Assembly (NCBI RefSeq): GCF_006345805.1
Contig: NW_021833455.1
Coordinates: forward strand, 1 to 64,000
Source of the DNA: Octopus sinensis
Lineage: Eukaryota
Length of the DNA: 64,000 nucleotides
Direction of reading: 5' to 3'
A program made the translations under genes and the position numbers. This document shows, piece by piece, positions 50,776 to 63,704 of this stretch; the stretch's first letter is position 1, and each line of letters starts with the position of its first letter. Below the pieces are notes generated by a model that was given only the letters and a program-made list of their open reading frames with translations, searched no databases and was not told the origin of the DNA.

Positions 50776-52901
50776 ATATTATTATCACTTATATTGATTT
50801 CTCAAGTTTGAATACAACAGATTAGTAAGGGATTATAACCCGTTAATTGAATCAACTTAATTGGCTTATAAACTTTGATTATTTACTACAATACGTTAAA
50901 ATTTATCAATAAACTAGCTGACCCTGTGCCGTCAAAAATGAAGGCTAATTGTAGTATTTTATATATAAATATGGATAGGAAATCAAATTAATACACTTGC
51001 CAATGTTATCAAGTGGTTGTCCTTCGAGATGTGACATCAATCATCATTTGTTACTAAAAGAACGATGGTTCACATATACATTCACATATTTCCCTTGTAC
51101 ACACACACACACACATACAGGCATATACACACACATACAAACATTCACATACTTCCCTTGTACACGCACACACACATACACACACACAGTTCAAATGCTC
51201 CCACTACCAGTTTGTCACCACCCCTCCCTTCCTTATTCATCTATCACCCCTTCCTTTCTCGTTCATATGTTGTGACAGAGAAACACACAACAGTATTATT
51301 AAAGTAGATATATTTGCAAATTTTCCAGAGTAAATTTACTTTGGAGATAAAAATGGAAAATGCATCGTTAACATTGATCTCTCGTGTTGTTTCAACGCAA
51401 CAGATTTGCAGAGGATTATATCAGTTAAACGAATCAACTTGACTGACTTTATGAAGCTCACACGATGAAAGGTCAAGTTTATTGCAGTCAGAGCAAAACA
51501 AGATACAGTAAAACATTTTAGCCCAATCCAACAGCCGGTCGGCTGTGCTAAGTGACACCTGTTTCTGCTATTAACAGGTGAACAGAGAAAAAGCTATTTG
51601 TTAACTGGCTTTTAGAGGATGAAATTAATGAAATATTAAAATCAATGTCACTGTTACAAAACAGTAACATGTAATTAACAGTCTAAACAGCCCTGCAGAC
51701 ACGTTAGCGCGCCGGGCGAAATGCTTAGCTGTATTTCATCTGTCTTCACGTTCTGAGTTCAAATTCCGCCGAGGTCGACTTTGCCTTTCATCCTTTCAGG
51801 GTCGATTAAATAAGTACCAGTTAAGCACTGGGGTCGATGCAATCGACTTAATCCGTTTGTCTGTCCATGTTTGTTCCCTCTATGTTTAGCCCCTTGTGGG
51901 TAATAAAGAAACAATTAATATTATTAAAAAATAGTTTCCTCAATATATATATATATATCTGATTGCATCAGTTTATTCTTTAATATTGGTTTCAAATTTT
52001 ATCACAAGGCCAGTAATTTTAGGAGGAGCTAAGTCAATTAGATTGACCCCAATATTCAACTGGTACTTATTTTATTGACCTCAAAAAGATAACCTTTGTG
52101 GAATTTGATCTCAGCATGTAAAGACAGACAAAATGCTATTAAACATTTTACTAATGATGTGCTAATGATTCTGTCAGTTCGCTGTCTTAATTTGCTCTTT
52201 AATATTCAACCTTTAACTCTGGTGGTAAACTGGCAGAAGTGTTAGCACACCGGGTGAAATGCTTAGCAGTATTTCGTCTGCCGTTATGTTCTAAGTTCAA
52301 ATTCCGCCAAGGTCGACTTAGCTTTTCATCCTTTTGGGTTCAATAAATTAAGTTCCAATTACGTGTTGGGGTCGATCGAATCGACTGGTCCCCATCCCCC
52401 AAAATTTCGGGCCTTGTGCCTAGAGTAGAAAAGGAATATTCAACCCCTAACTAAAAGCTTAGGTACAAACGCAAATTACAGTTCCCTTCGTATACTTCCT
52501 GAAATTTCAATATAATAATTCACAGGTAGATCAATATACAAAAGAGTCGAGTACCAAACTAAACAATAACCATGACTTCTTTAAATAGAAGTCAGTAGTA
52601 ATTACACTGTGACTAGTATGTAATCAAATGTTACTATGACTAAGAATGCACACTAGCTCTTCCTAATACAAATTTAAACTGTCTCAGCTGTTATTAGCCC
52701 ACTTTAATCCTATCATCCAGTGCTTTCCTCTCAACTATCCTCAATTTACCTAATTAAAACACATAACATCAAGTGCTTTCAACGTAACTCACTTTATAAA
52801 TGAAATTAATAAATAAATAGAATATAAATTATGTTATTTGTATAAATAGTCAGACATATTTTAGGGGAGATGTTATATTCAAAATGTAACAGGATAATTG
52901 A

Positions 52902-53131
52902 TTAACCCTTTCGTTACTGTATTTCTGTTGAGATGTTCTGTGTTTCTTTCAATTAATTTTCAATATAACAAAGAATTTAGTAAAATAACTTAGTTGTCAT
53001 TAAGCTAGTGTTAAGAACATAAATTGCGACTAAGGTTTGGTGGAAGATTTGGATTCAAAACTCATGAAAACAAGACATTTGTACTACAGAGCCAGAGGTG
53101 GTTTCAGCCAGGTTGGTACCAAAAGGGTTAA
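52902..53131. mobile_element. piggyBac-like MITE family 1, intact ends
   Basis: TTAA-CCCTTTCGTTAC ... GTACCAAAAGGG-TTAA. Confidence 0.9.
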
Positions 53132-54711
53132 GTAGAATGCAATAAAACATAGAAACATCTGTGGTTGTAGGAACAAATTTAAATGTGTATGTCTTTGGCA
53201 TTTATTCACGAATCATATTAAGAAGTTATCTTTTACTTTTTTAGTCGCTGGACTGTGGCCATGCTGGGGCCCCACCTTGAAACATTTCTAGTCAAATGAA
53301 TCAACCCAATATTTGCTTTTTTTTTAAATCCGGGTACTTATTTTGTTGGTCTCTTTTGCCAAATTGCTAAGTTATGGGGAAGTAAACAAACCAGCACCAG
53401 TTGTCATGTAGTGGTGTGAGACAACACAAACACAAAGCAGCAACACTCGAAAGGAATTCACTCACTCATGGAGGCAAAGTAGCTGAGTGTTGGGCCTCAT
53501 GAAGGCAATGACCAAGACTTTTGGCATTATGTTGTGCTTGGGAAGAAGACCCATCAAGCTGAACAATATTGCAGATGTGGCAGACACCAGTGTCACACAA
53601 ATTGGCACCCATGCTGGTGGCATGTAAAAGCACTTCTTACACTCTTGGGGGTGGTTGGCATTAGGAAGGGCATGCAGCCATACAAAACCATGCAACCCAT
53701 GCCAGCATGGACAACGGACATTAAATGATGATGCAGATACATACACATACACACACACAAGACAGGCTTCTTTCAGTTTCTGTCTACCAATCTAGTCACA
53801 AACTTCTTTTTGGCCTGAGGCCATTTGCCCAAGATGCCACATGGTTCTCTAATATGCCAACTCTTATAAACTAGCATAAACACTATTTTAGATGAAATGA
53901 AAAAAAATCTAAATCGTTAAAATGTTTTCAGTTCATCTTTTAGTGCTGGCATCATGTAAAAAGTGTCTGTGATGGCGCCATATAAAAAGCACGAGTGCTG
54001 GTGTTGCGTAAAATGCACCCAGTACACTCTGTAAAGGGGTTGGCTTTAAGAAGGGCATGTAATGGTTATATATAAGGTGTTGATGTGGCTGTGTGTATGT
54101 TATTACAAGAGTTCATATAGAGATGAAGAATAAATTCAAGACTTATAATATTTACTACATAAAAATACATTTTATTTACTGGTCAACGATGAAACATAAC
54201 CGTAATGTAGAATCTAGTTGAATGAAGTAATCTATGCAAGAAAGTTCAGCGATAGGAAATATAGAAATAACAGCTAAGTGGCAGCTTTCAGTCATGTGGC
54301 ATAGAGAAATAGATGGACATGGCAATGACATGAATGGTTCTAAGTCTAAACAACCAAGAAGCAAAGAGCGGAGTTAGCAAGCTGTTTTTATTAATGGAAC
54401 ACTAGACATTTTAGAAACTTCCAAGAGAAATGCTAAGCTTCTTGAATAATTAAGAATCACGTCTCCTGACACAGAAGCTTCAAGAAAGTTAGAAAGGAAG
54501 ATCCTTCTTGCAAGGGAGATCATTCAACTATTTAGCTACAAAGACCACTACAGACATCTAGCTGTAGAAATCATGCTTAAACAGACAACTGGAGCCTGGT
54601 GCAGCTCTCCGGCTGGCAAGCTCCTTGTCAAACCATCCAACCCATGCCAGCATGGAAAATGGATGTGAAATGATGACGATTTATCAGCAAACTAATCAGA
54701 CATGAGCTTAC

Positions 54712-54773
54712 CTCACATAGTTTACCATTGGTGGACGTCGATGGTATATGATTATTCAAATCAACATCTGGAT
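54712..54773 (-). CDS. Unidentified - strand gene, exon (D-PDVDLNNHIPSTSTNGKLCE)
   Basis: Acceptor ttttttcctgtag|, donor GAG|GTAAGC; 62 nt, phase 1 to 0. Confidence 0.78.
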
Positions 54774-56508
54774 CTACAGGAAAAAATTTGTACATGAATG
54801 AAATGAAATAAAATGCAGCTGTTACTGTGACGATATCAAAATGCTTAAATGTCAAATGCAAAAAGACAAAACAATTACGTTTTACAAAAAAAATAAACAA
54901 ACAGATAAGTGAAAATAAGAAATTCACAGTAAATTGAAATAAAATGACTGGAGCTATGATTATAGTTTAGATAACATTTAACAATTATACAATAAATAGT
55001 AAAACAAGTTAAGACTGAAACTGAAGTCATGCGACAAAGACTTTCATAAACACAAAAAAAAAAGAACAAAATGTGAAGATTAAATACAACAAGGAACTGA
55101 ATAAAGTAAATATTGAAAATAGTTTTAAGAAAACAATCTCAGTAAATTGTACACAGCAGGCAAGTGTATTTATAACGACTAACAATGAAGTGTGATTTTT
55201 TGAAACTGAAGATAGATATTACTGAGTCAATCTTATAAGATAACCAATAAAACGGTTGTAGTAAGTTATTAAGATTTCTATGAGGTCTAACCCAGTGATT
55301 GCCAAACTTGTCATGGAACCCTTATATATTTCCCAAAAACTGCAGCAACCATACCAATAAAGGTACAAAAATTCCCTACCACCTTAATTTTAAAAACATT
55401 AGATCTAACAAAAAATCCTTAAGAAAGATAATTAGTGCGTATGTCTGTGTGTGTTTAATATTTTAAATTAATCTATCCAGTAATGTTACACAGCTAAACT
55501 TAGTGGGTATTTAAGCAATGGGTTCATGGATAGTTGATGAGTTAGTTGGATGTGATGCTGATGAATCAGCAATAACTCCTGAAATATATATATACACCAG
55601 TATTTTCTATCTTCTATTGCATTGTTTATGTAGACAAATTCATATTAGAAACATAACTTTCAGTACTGGTTCTGAATTCTATAGAAAATTTGTGGAAATA
55701 AACTTAAGTTATATATATATATACATATATATAATATGATATATAACTTGAAAATGATGAATACTAATTTTGTTATAAAGCAGAATTTTTTTAAGTGAAC
55801 ATACTTTAGAAAACGTTGATCTAGCTAATAAAATCATTTGTTTTTCCTTAACTCTTGACATTTTAAACTACAACAGAAATAGATATCCATAATCATATAA
55901 TTTTAGGTAAATAAAAAATTTGTAACTTTAAAAAAAAAAGATGAAAATCTTTGGAATAAATTATTTAGTTTTTTGGGTGGTAGGGGTTGTTTTGGTTTAG
56001 AGATTGTATCATAGACAGGAAAAGAAATGTTTGAAATGGCTGGTTTCCAAAAATGTTATATAATCTCAGACATTAACAATGCAAGAAAGCAAAAAATATC
56101 AAATTACTACAGTTGATGTAATAATATCTATTCCAATATCTTGACTAAATTAAAATATTATATCAGGTGCAATCTTGTTTTTATTGTAAATTAAAGAAAG
56201 CAAATATCAATGAAAATCAATACCTTATCTGCGAAAACACTAGATTATCTAATTTAGAAGTTAATCTATTTAAAAGAAAGAAAACATAACTTAGAATCAA
56301 TTACAAAAATATTTCCATAACAAAATGTTTTCTGAACATGATTTCCAGACTTTTGAAAGAAATTATGTTTGCAAACAAAATCCAGAAATGATTTATATTT
56401 AAATGATTGGGGAAAATCACAAATCAGAGTTGGGAAATGGTTTTATCTTTTTATTTGAAACTGTTCTACGAAAAACATTGTTTTATTCCTTACCAAATGA
56501 TAACTAAC

Positions 56509-56571
56509 CCGTGAAAAGATTTATGGGAAAACAATACAGTTCAATAAGTTTACTGTTAACAAAATATCTCT
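56509..56571 (-). CDS. Unidentified - strand gene, exon (E-RYFVNSKLIELYCFPINLFT)
   Basis: Acceptor gacttccttatag|, donor G|GTTAGT; 63 nt, phase 1 to 1, links the flanking exons in frame. Confidence 0.62.
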
Positions 56572-58091
56572 CTATAAGGAAGTCATAAGTTATTTTGGAT
56601 TTACTAATATAACATAACCACCCAGTAGAGTTTAATATTCAAAAATTCTTACAATAAAAGAAAAAAAAAACAAACAGAATCAAATTTTCCATTTTCTTTC
56701 TGCTTTTCTAATTTTGAAACAATATTTTTTTTTTCAATAACAGTTGAATGAATCTAAACTTCAAATTCCAATAGAAAAGCAAAAAATTAAAATTTGTATT
56801 AACTAGAAATGTTTTTCTTTTAGATAAAAATAAAAAAAAATAAATTTGAAATTCTTATGAATGGAAGAGAAATATATCCAGCTAGGCATTTTCCTATTTT
56901 AAGCATGGAACAAAGCCAGCAGAATCTCAATTTACACAACTAAAATATCAAAATACTTTTCAAACAATGTCATCAAAGATATCTCTTATTGAATATTATT
57001 TGATTAGAAACAAAAGTCCAACTAGGCCAGTTGCCAGTTGCTTCGTTTTTAACTAATTAATTTGCTGACAACACACATTAAGCTGTTGAGTATTGATAAC
57101 TTCTTTGAGTAAACTTACCCTTACCATTTTTAACTGCTGCCAAAGATTTTTGTAAAGTCTAGATCTTCCTAAGTTGTTAATATAAATTTATTTTGTACAG
57201 AATATACGGTATGATCTGAAAGGTTAAAATTTCACAACGAAAACTGGCAAAAACCAATGTAAAGTGAACTTTCATGAAGCAGCAACAAGCAAAGACAGTG
57301 ATAATTTCTTAAATCCATCTGAGTTTAAAAGAAAACTATCAGAGTTTCACAATATCTAAGAATTAGGTAATTCTGCCATACCCTTTTCCAAAGTTTATTG
57401 CTGTCTTCAAACATAGACTCATATCTTATTCTAGGAGAGAAAACTTTCAGAGGGAAGATTTCAAAAAATATTGGTCTTACATCAAAACTAAAGCCAGGAA
57501 GTTCTTTTGAAATGTTCTGTGATAGAAGCTTGTTTGGAACATGATTGTTTTACTTCTTTCAGTCAGTCACTGGACTGTGACCATGCTGGGGCATCATAGC
57601 CTAGAAGAATTTTTAGTCGATCAAATTGCCCCAATATATATTTTTCTTTTTTAAACTTGGAACTTATTAAATCCGTTCTTTTTGCTGAATTGCTAGATCA
57701 CTGGGATGTAAACACACCAACACTGGTTATCAAGTAGTGGTGGGGGGAACAAACACGGACCCAAAGGCACACACACGCACACGATGAACAACTTCTTCCA
57801 CAAAACACAGAAAAGATGCAAGGCTACGTTTGAAGATGTTTGATGCTATTTTATAAATTACAGAAATGAATAACACTAACTAATGAACTCAATTTTTAAA
57901 TGAAAATTAATAAATGCAAAAACAGCCTTAAAAAAAAAAGTCATTGCTCAAATGAAATTTTAAATGCAACAAAGCAACCAAATGAAAATAACCAATTGAA
58001 AATAAAGAAATTTATAATGACACACAGAAATAATATGAAGCAATCTATAATAAGCTAAGAAGCTTTTTATAGATAAGATTCAGCTAATTAC

Positions 58092-58157
58092 CAGTAGGGC
58101 TTAGGAGGTAGAATCCACCACAGAAAATATTCCCGTTTTGTGTACCATTTAAGGTTT
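58092..58157 (-). CDS. Unidentified - strand gene, exon (E-TLNGTQNGNIFCGGFYLLSPT)
   Basis: Acceptor ttcttgattttag|, donor G|GTAATT; 66 nt, phase 1 to 1. A second frame is also open but has a poorer codon bias. Confidence 0.68.
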
Positions 58158-58730
58158 CTAAAATCAAGAACATTAGATGACGTTTGCTTCAGTATAAGTT
58201 TTACATTCAGTTGTAAAATAACTAAATATCAAGTGTTGAAAAGTCAGAAGTGAAAAATATACATGTAAATGAAAAACCAAGAAATAAGTGTTAAATATTT
58301 TAAACGTAGAATTACAAAAATGAAATGAGGAAAGCTTCAAACAATGCAGAAATGGAAGTTGAAGAACTTTTACATATTTCAGGTGCAAAGGCCCATCATC
58401 AGAAGAACACAGTACAAGCATCTAACTAAAACAGGTCCACTGCTCATCTGGCAATCCCAAAAGCAGGATCTATGTCGACACATATTTGCTTGACAGTATT
58501 TTTCTGAAGATGAGCTTTTGTGTCCGAAACTTTCATCTCTGCATTGTTTAGATTTCCACATTTCATTCATTAGTCTGCTTCTGTACTTATGGCACTTCAA
58601 GCGAACTACAATTCTTTTCTATTTTAAATGTAATAATAAATCCAACACTTTCAATATAATTAGGAAAAGAAACGATGCTTTTGACCTGCACAGAATAATC
58701 CTCTTGGATCGTTTATAATATTCCGTAACT

Positions 58731-59119
58731 TTAACCCTTTAGCATCCAATTTACTTTGTGAAATGCATAATTGTTGTCAATTATTCATGCATTGTCTTGT
58801 AGCTTTGAAGTTTGATAATGTGTTTATTTTTAGAATGACATTGTAGGGTAGGTGTGAGAGGCAAGATCTCATTGGTTTGAATAGAAAACAGAATATTTGA
58901 CCAGTTTAGATGCTAAAGGATTAAACCAGTCATATTTGGCCCAAATAGTCTATCTGTTTTATTATCAAACCAGCCAGATGTGGCCAGTCACACCTAACCT
59001 ACAATAAACAATCACATCATTGGAGTCTCAACTCTACAAGACGACATGTGATTAATTCAAAACAATGTGAATAAATAAGCATTACCTTTGGCAGAGTAAA
59101 TTGAATATTAAGGGATTAA
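58731..59119. mobile_element. Two piggyBac-like family 2 MITEs in inverted orientation sharing a central TTAA
   Basis: 58731-58924 reverse-complements to a diverged copy at 58921-59119. Confidence 0.7.
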
Positions 59120-59671
59120 ATCAACATGGCGTTAACACTATTCACTCACACCAAAAATGAAAAGGAAAATCAAACAGAAGAAGAGTGTAATTAAAATTCC
59201 TGAATAAGAACAGATGAGAAAAGTTTCTCATGATGCACGAGATGACAAGTTCATAAAGGAAGACGATAAACATTGAAAATAAAGGCATACTTTCTCAAGA
59301 ATATTACCAGTAAGTGAATTCGGGGTTGCAACTGGGAATTGGAAACCTTAATATTGTCATGTCCACTAGATTAGTAAGTGGTAACAACAACAATAATAAT
59401 AATGATAATAACAATAATAATAATTTTTTCTGCTATAGACACAAGGCCTGAGATTTTAAAGGAGGAGGTAAGTCAATTAAACCCACTCCAGTTCATGACT
59501 GGTACTCATTTTATCTGCCCCAAAAGGATGAAAGGCAAAGTTGACCTTGGTGGAAGTGAAACTCAAGAGTCTAACGGAGGAAATGCTGCTAAGCATTTTT
59601 GCTTGGAGTACTGACAATTCTGCAAGATCACCACCACCACCACCACAACAACAATAATAATAATAACAATG

Positions 59672-59719
<48 letters not shown>

Positions 59720-61227
59720 GTAGTAGTAGTAGTAGTAGTAGCAATAGTGATGGCTTCAAATTTTGGCACAAGGCCAGCAAATTTTGGGGAGTGAGTAAGG
59801 TGGTTAATTTGACCCAAATGATCAACTGGTACTAATTATATTGACCCCATAAGGATGAAAGGCAAAGTCAACTTCAACAGAATTTGAACTCAGAACGTAA
59901 AGATGGATGAAATGCCACGAAGCATTTTGCGCAGATTGGTAACATTTCTGCCAACTCGCTAGTAACAACAACAACAATAATAATAATCATTTTCCTGCAA
60001 CAGCGAATTAGTTAAGAATGTCCTGGGTACAAACCCAAGGCAGTTGTGTGTTGTGACCCCCTTCAGTCATGAATGACCATGGGATTGCACCTAGAAAGTT
60101 ACCCTCGGAGGCACAAGTCTGGGCAAGGTTGTTTTTATGGAAGACCAGCAGTTGCCTATGCATACCACCCTCTCTTCGCACCACCGATGTTATCCACAGG
60201 AAAGGCAAAGGCCGAAACAGCTTGGCACCAGTGACATCACAGCTCATTTATTAACGTGCAAGTGGCTGAGCACTCCACAGACACGTGTACCCTCAATGTA
60301 GTTCTCAGGGAGATTCAGCATGACACAGAGTGTGACAAGGCTGGTCCTTTGAAATACAGATACAACAGAAACAGGAAGAAAGAGTGAGAGAAAGTTGTGG
60401 TGAAAGTGTGCAGCTGGGTTCACCACCACCCCCTGCTGGAGCCTTGTGGAGCTTTAGGTGTTTTCGTTCAATAAACAATCACAATGCCCGGTCTGGGAAT
60501 CAAAACCACGATCCTACGACTGCGAGTCCACTGCCCTAACCACTAGGCCATTGCGCCTCCACCCCAAGGTAGTGTAAAGAATGTAAAATGCCAATCTCTT
60601 GACTTGACCATCCACTTTCTTGGTATGTATGTATAATTCCAAGAATCGTGTAGCAGATTAAATCTCATGGAATGGTACCTTGAGATAGAGATTGGAATTC
60701 TAATAACCACCACCATCATCATACTAACAATACAGTTTCCCATGCTAGCAGGAGTCACACGAAATTTGTTGAGGCAGATTGTCCACTGCCAGATACCAAA
60801 CTTTATCTTAATTCCAAGTACAGTAACATCCCTCATGGCCAGAGAATTTTTCATCAAAGACAGAAAATGAATGACATTATTTTATATGATGGGGATGTTT
60901 GTTCACAACTATCATATGATGTCAAGACAAGAGGACATGTACACACATACACACAGAAAAGATGGGCTTCTTTCAGTTTCTGTCAACCAAATCCATTCAC
61001 AAAGCTTTGGTCGTCTGGGGCAATAGTGGAAGACACTGAAAATGCCATGCAGTGGAACAGAACCCAAAAACCATGTGATTGGGAAGTAAACTATTTTACA
61101 TATACATGCTTTTAGCTGATATTTTCACAAAACATTTAAAGTCTATACTTGTGTAAATGATGTCAATTTAATCACGATGGTAAAGAAAAGTCGGATAAAA
61201 TGGATGATATTCAAAATATCAGTAACA

Positions 61228-61460
61228 TTAACCCTTTTGTTACCAATCCGCCTGAAACAGCCTCTGGTTTTGTAGTACAAATGTCTTGTTTTCAAAATTT
61301 CTGAATTAAAATTTTCCACCAAACCTTAGTCACAACTTATGTTCCTAACACTAGCTGAATAATAACTAAGTTATTTTACTAAATTCTTTGTTATATTTAA
61401 AATTAATTGAAAGAAACTCAGAGCATCTCAGCAGAAGAAATATGGTAACAAAAGGGTTAA
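61228..61460. mobile_element. piggyBac-like MITE family 1
   Basis: TTAA-CCCTTTTGTTACC ... GTAACAAAAGGG-TTAA. Confidence 0.9.
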
Positions 61461-61684
61461 TGGCATTAAAATTCTATGACTTTCTTTTGTAGCTTTTCAC
61501 AATATTCCAGCATCATTCACCATATTCTGGTGTATCTCATCTGTGATCCCAGCAAATGTAGCCATAATATTTCTTTAATGAATTCTGGTATGTCTCTAAG
61601 ATGAAAACAATACTACACCTTCCAGTTTTATGAACCCTCTTCGAACGAACCCAAAAGACAAAAAAAATCTGGGAACCTAAGAGG

Positions 61685-61720
<36 letters not shown>

Positions 61721-63704
61721 CAACAGAAGCACAGCTCATAAATTGCAAACTGTAACTGTCTTGTATGATAGTGCACCATCATGCAAGAAGGTCGATTCTT
61801 GTTCAAAACCAAGTCATTTGATTTCTGAAAAAAAACTGGTCATTAGCATAAAGAGGTATCAATCAAAAGACTCTCTCCATCCAATCAATCCAAAATGTAC
61901 ATTTCACATTCACTGTAATCTGTTACTTGTTTCAGTCATTGGACAGCGGCCATTTTAGTCAAACGAACAAATCAACTCCAATACTTACTTTTTTTTTTCT
62001 TTTTAGAAAGCCTGGAGCTTATTCTATCAGTTTCTCTTGCAGAACCGCTAAGATACAGGATATAAACACACCAACACGGGTTGTCAAGCAGTGGGGTGGG
62101 GTGGGGGAGCACAGACACAAAGATACACACACACTATTGGATATATATACATACATACATATGAAGGGCTTCTTTCAGTTTCCATCTACCAAATTCATTC
62201 ACAAAGCTTTGGTTGGCTTGAGGCTATAGTAAAAGACACTTGCCCAAGGTGTCAGGCAGTGGGACTGAATCTGGCGCCATGTGGCCGGGAAACAGACTTA
62301 ATAACACACAGCCAAGCCAGCACCTATTTCTATCATTATAAAATTATGAAATTACAAAGATTAAGCAAATATTACATTTTGGGATACTACAAGGAAGTTT
62401 CATATAAATACATTACAGCCTACGAAGGGGTGGGGCTGAAAAGTTCCTGGCTTTGGGTAAAAGAAAAGTAGAGGAGCATCAGTTAATTATGATTTTATTC
62501 AATATTTTCCCCTCCCAGATTCACAGACACATTGCAGTGGTCCTTCAGTTTTTTTTAAGTCCTGTAGAAGAATTTGGAAGGTTGGGCCTCCAGCCAGGCG
62601 TTTCGCGATACCCTTAACCCTTTAGCATTATTCTGTCCAAATTAATGCTTATTTATTTTGTAGCTAGCACTTCCAACCAGTTTTTGTGGTTTGCTACCTC
62701 AAAAGCTCATTATAGGACTCAGTGGCTAAGGACATCATCAGGAGGAACCACTTTTGGCTTCGGCCTCTACTGTTTACAACATGGCACCCACCTCCACTTC
62801 AGGTGTCTTCAGCTCTGCTGTTTTTTTCCTTCTTTCTTTGGCCTTTTGTTCTTCGGCTTCTTTGCTGCAGTTTCAATGACAGGTGAATGACCATCCAGCC
62901 AAATTTACCAATAAATACTCGCTGGTAGACTCCAGCAGTCAGCGCCTGAGATTTTGAAGAGGTAACAGCGAATTATCTAGATTGACATTGTAGGATAGAT
63001 GTGAAAAACCAGATCTTGTCACTCATCACCATCATCATCATCATCATTGTTTAACGTCCGTTTTCCATGCTGGCATGGGTTAGACAGTTTTGACTGGGGA
63101 CAGGCAAGCCAGGAGGCCGTACCAAGCTTCAGTCTGATCTGGCAATGTTTCTACAGCTGGATGCCCTTCCAAACACCAACCACTCCAAGTGTGTAGTGGG
63201 TGCTTTTTATGTGCCACTGGCACAGGAGCCGGGAGGTGGGGGGCTAGCATCGATTATGTTCGGATGCCGTTCTTTACATGCCATTGGCACAGGAGCCAGT
63301 TGGGGCGAGGAGCCTGGCGTCAACTACATTTGGCTGGTGCTTTTTACATGGTGGCGGCCTGAACATAAAACAGGTCAAACATTTTGACCAGATATCATCA
63401 TCATCATCATCATCATCATCGTCGTCGTTTAACGTCTGCTTCCATGCTGGCATGGGTTGGACGGTTTGACTGAGGACTGTCCAACCTATGCCAGCATAGA
63501 AAGCGGATGTTAAACGACGACGATGATGATGATGATATCTGGCCGGTTTAAATGCTAAAGAACAGAAGCCAAAAACTTTTCAGCACCCCTTTGCACATGA
63601 CCAAGTAAAATTCAGCAGAGGATTATAAAGGTTAGCAGCTTGAGTAACAAAATTCAATACTTTTGCATTGAAAAACTGGAAATATTTTGATATTCAATAC
63701 TTAC

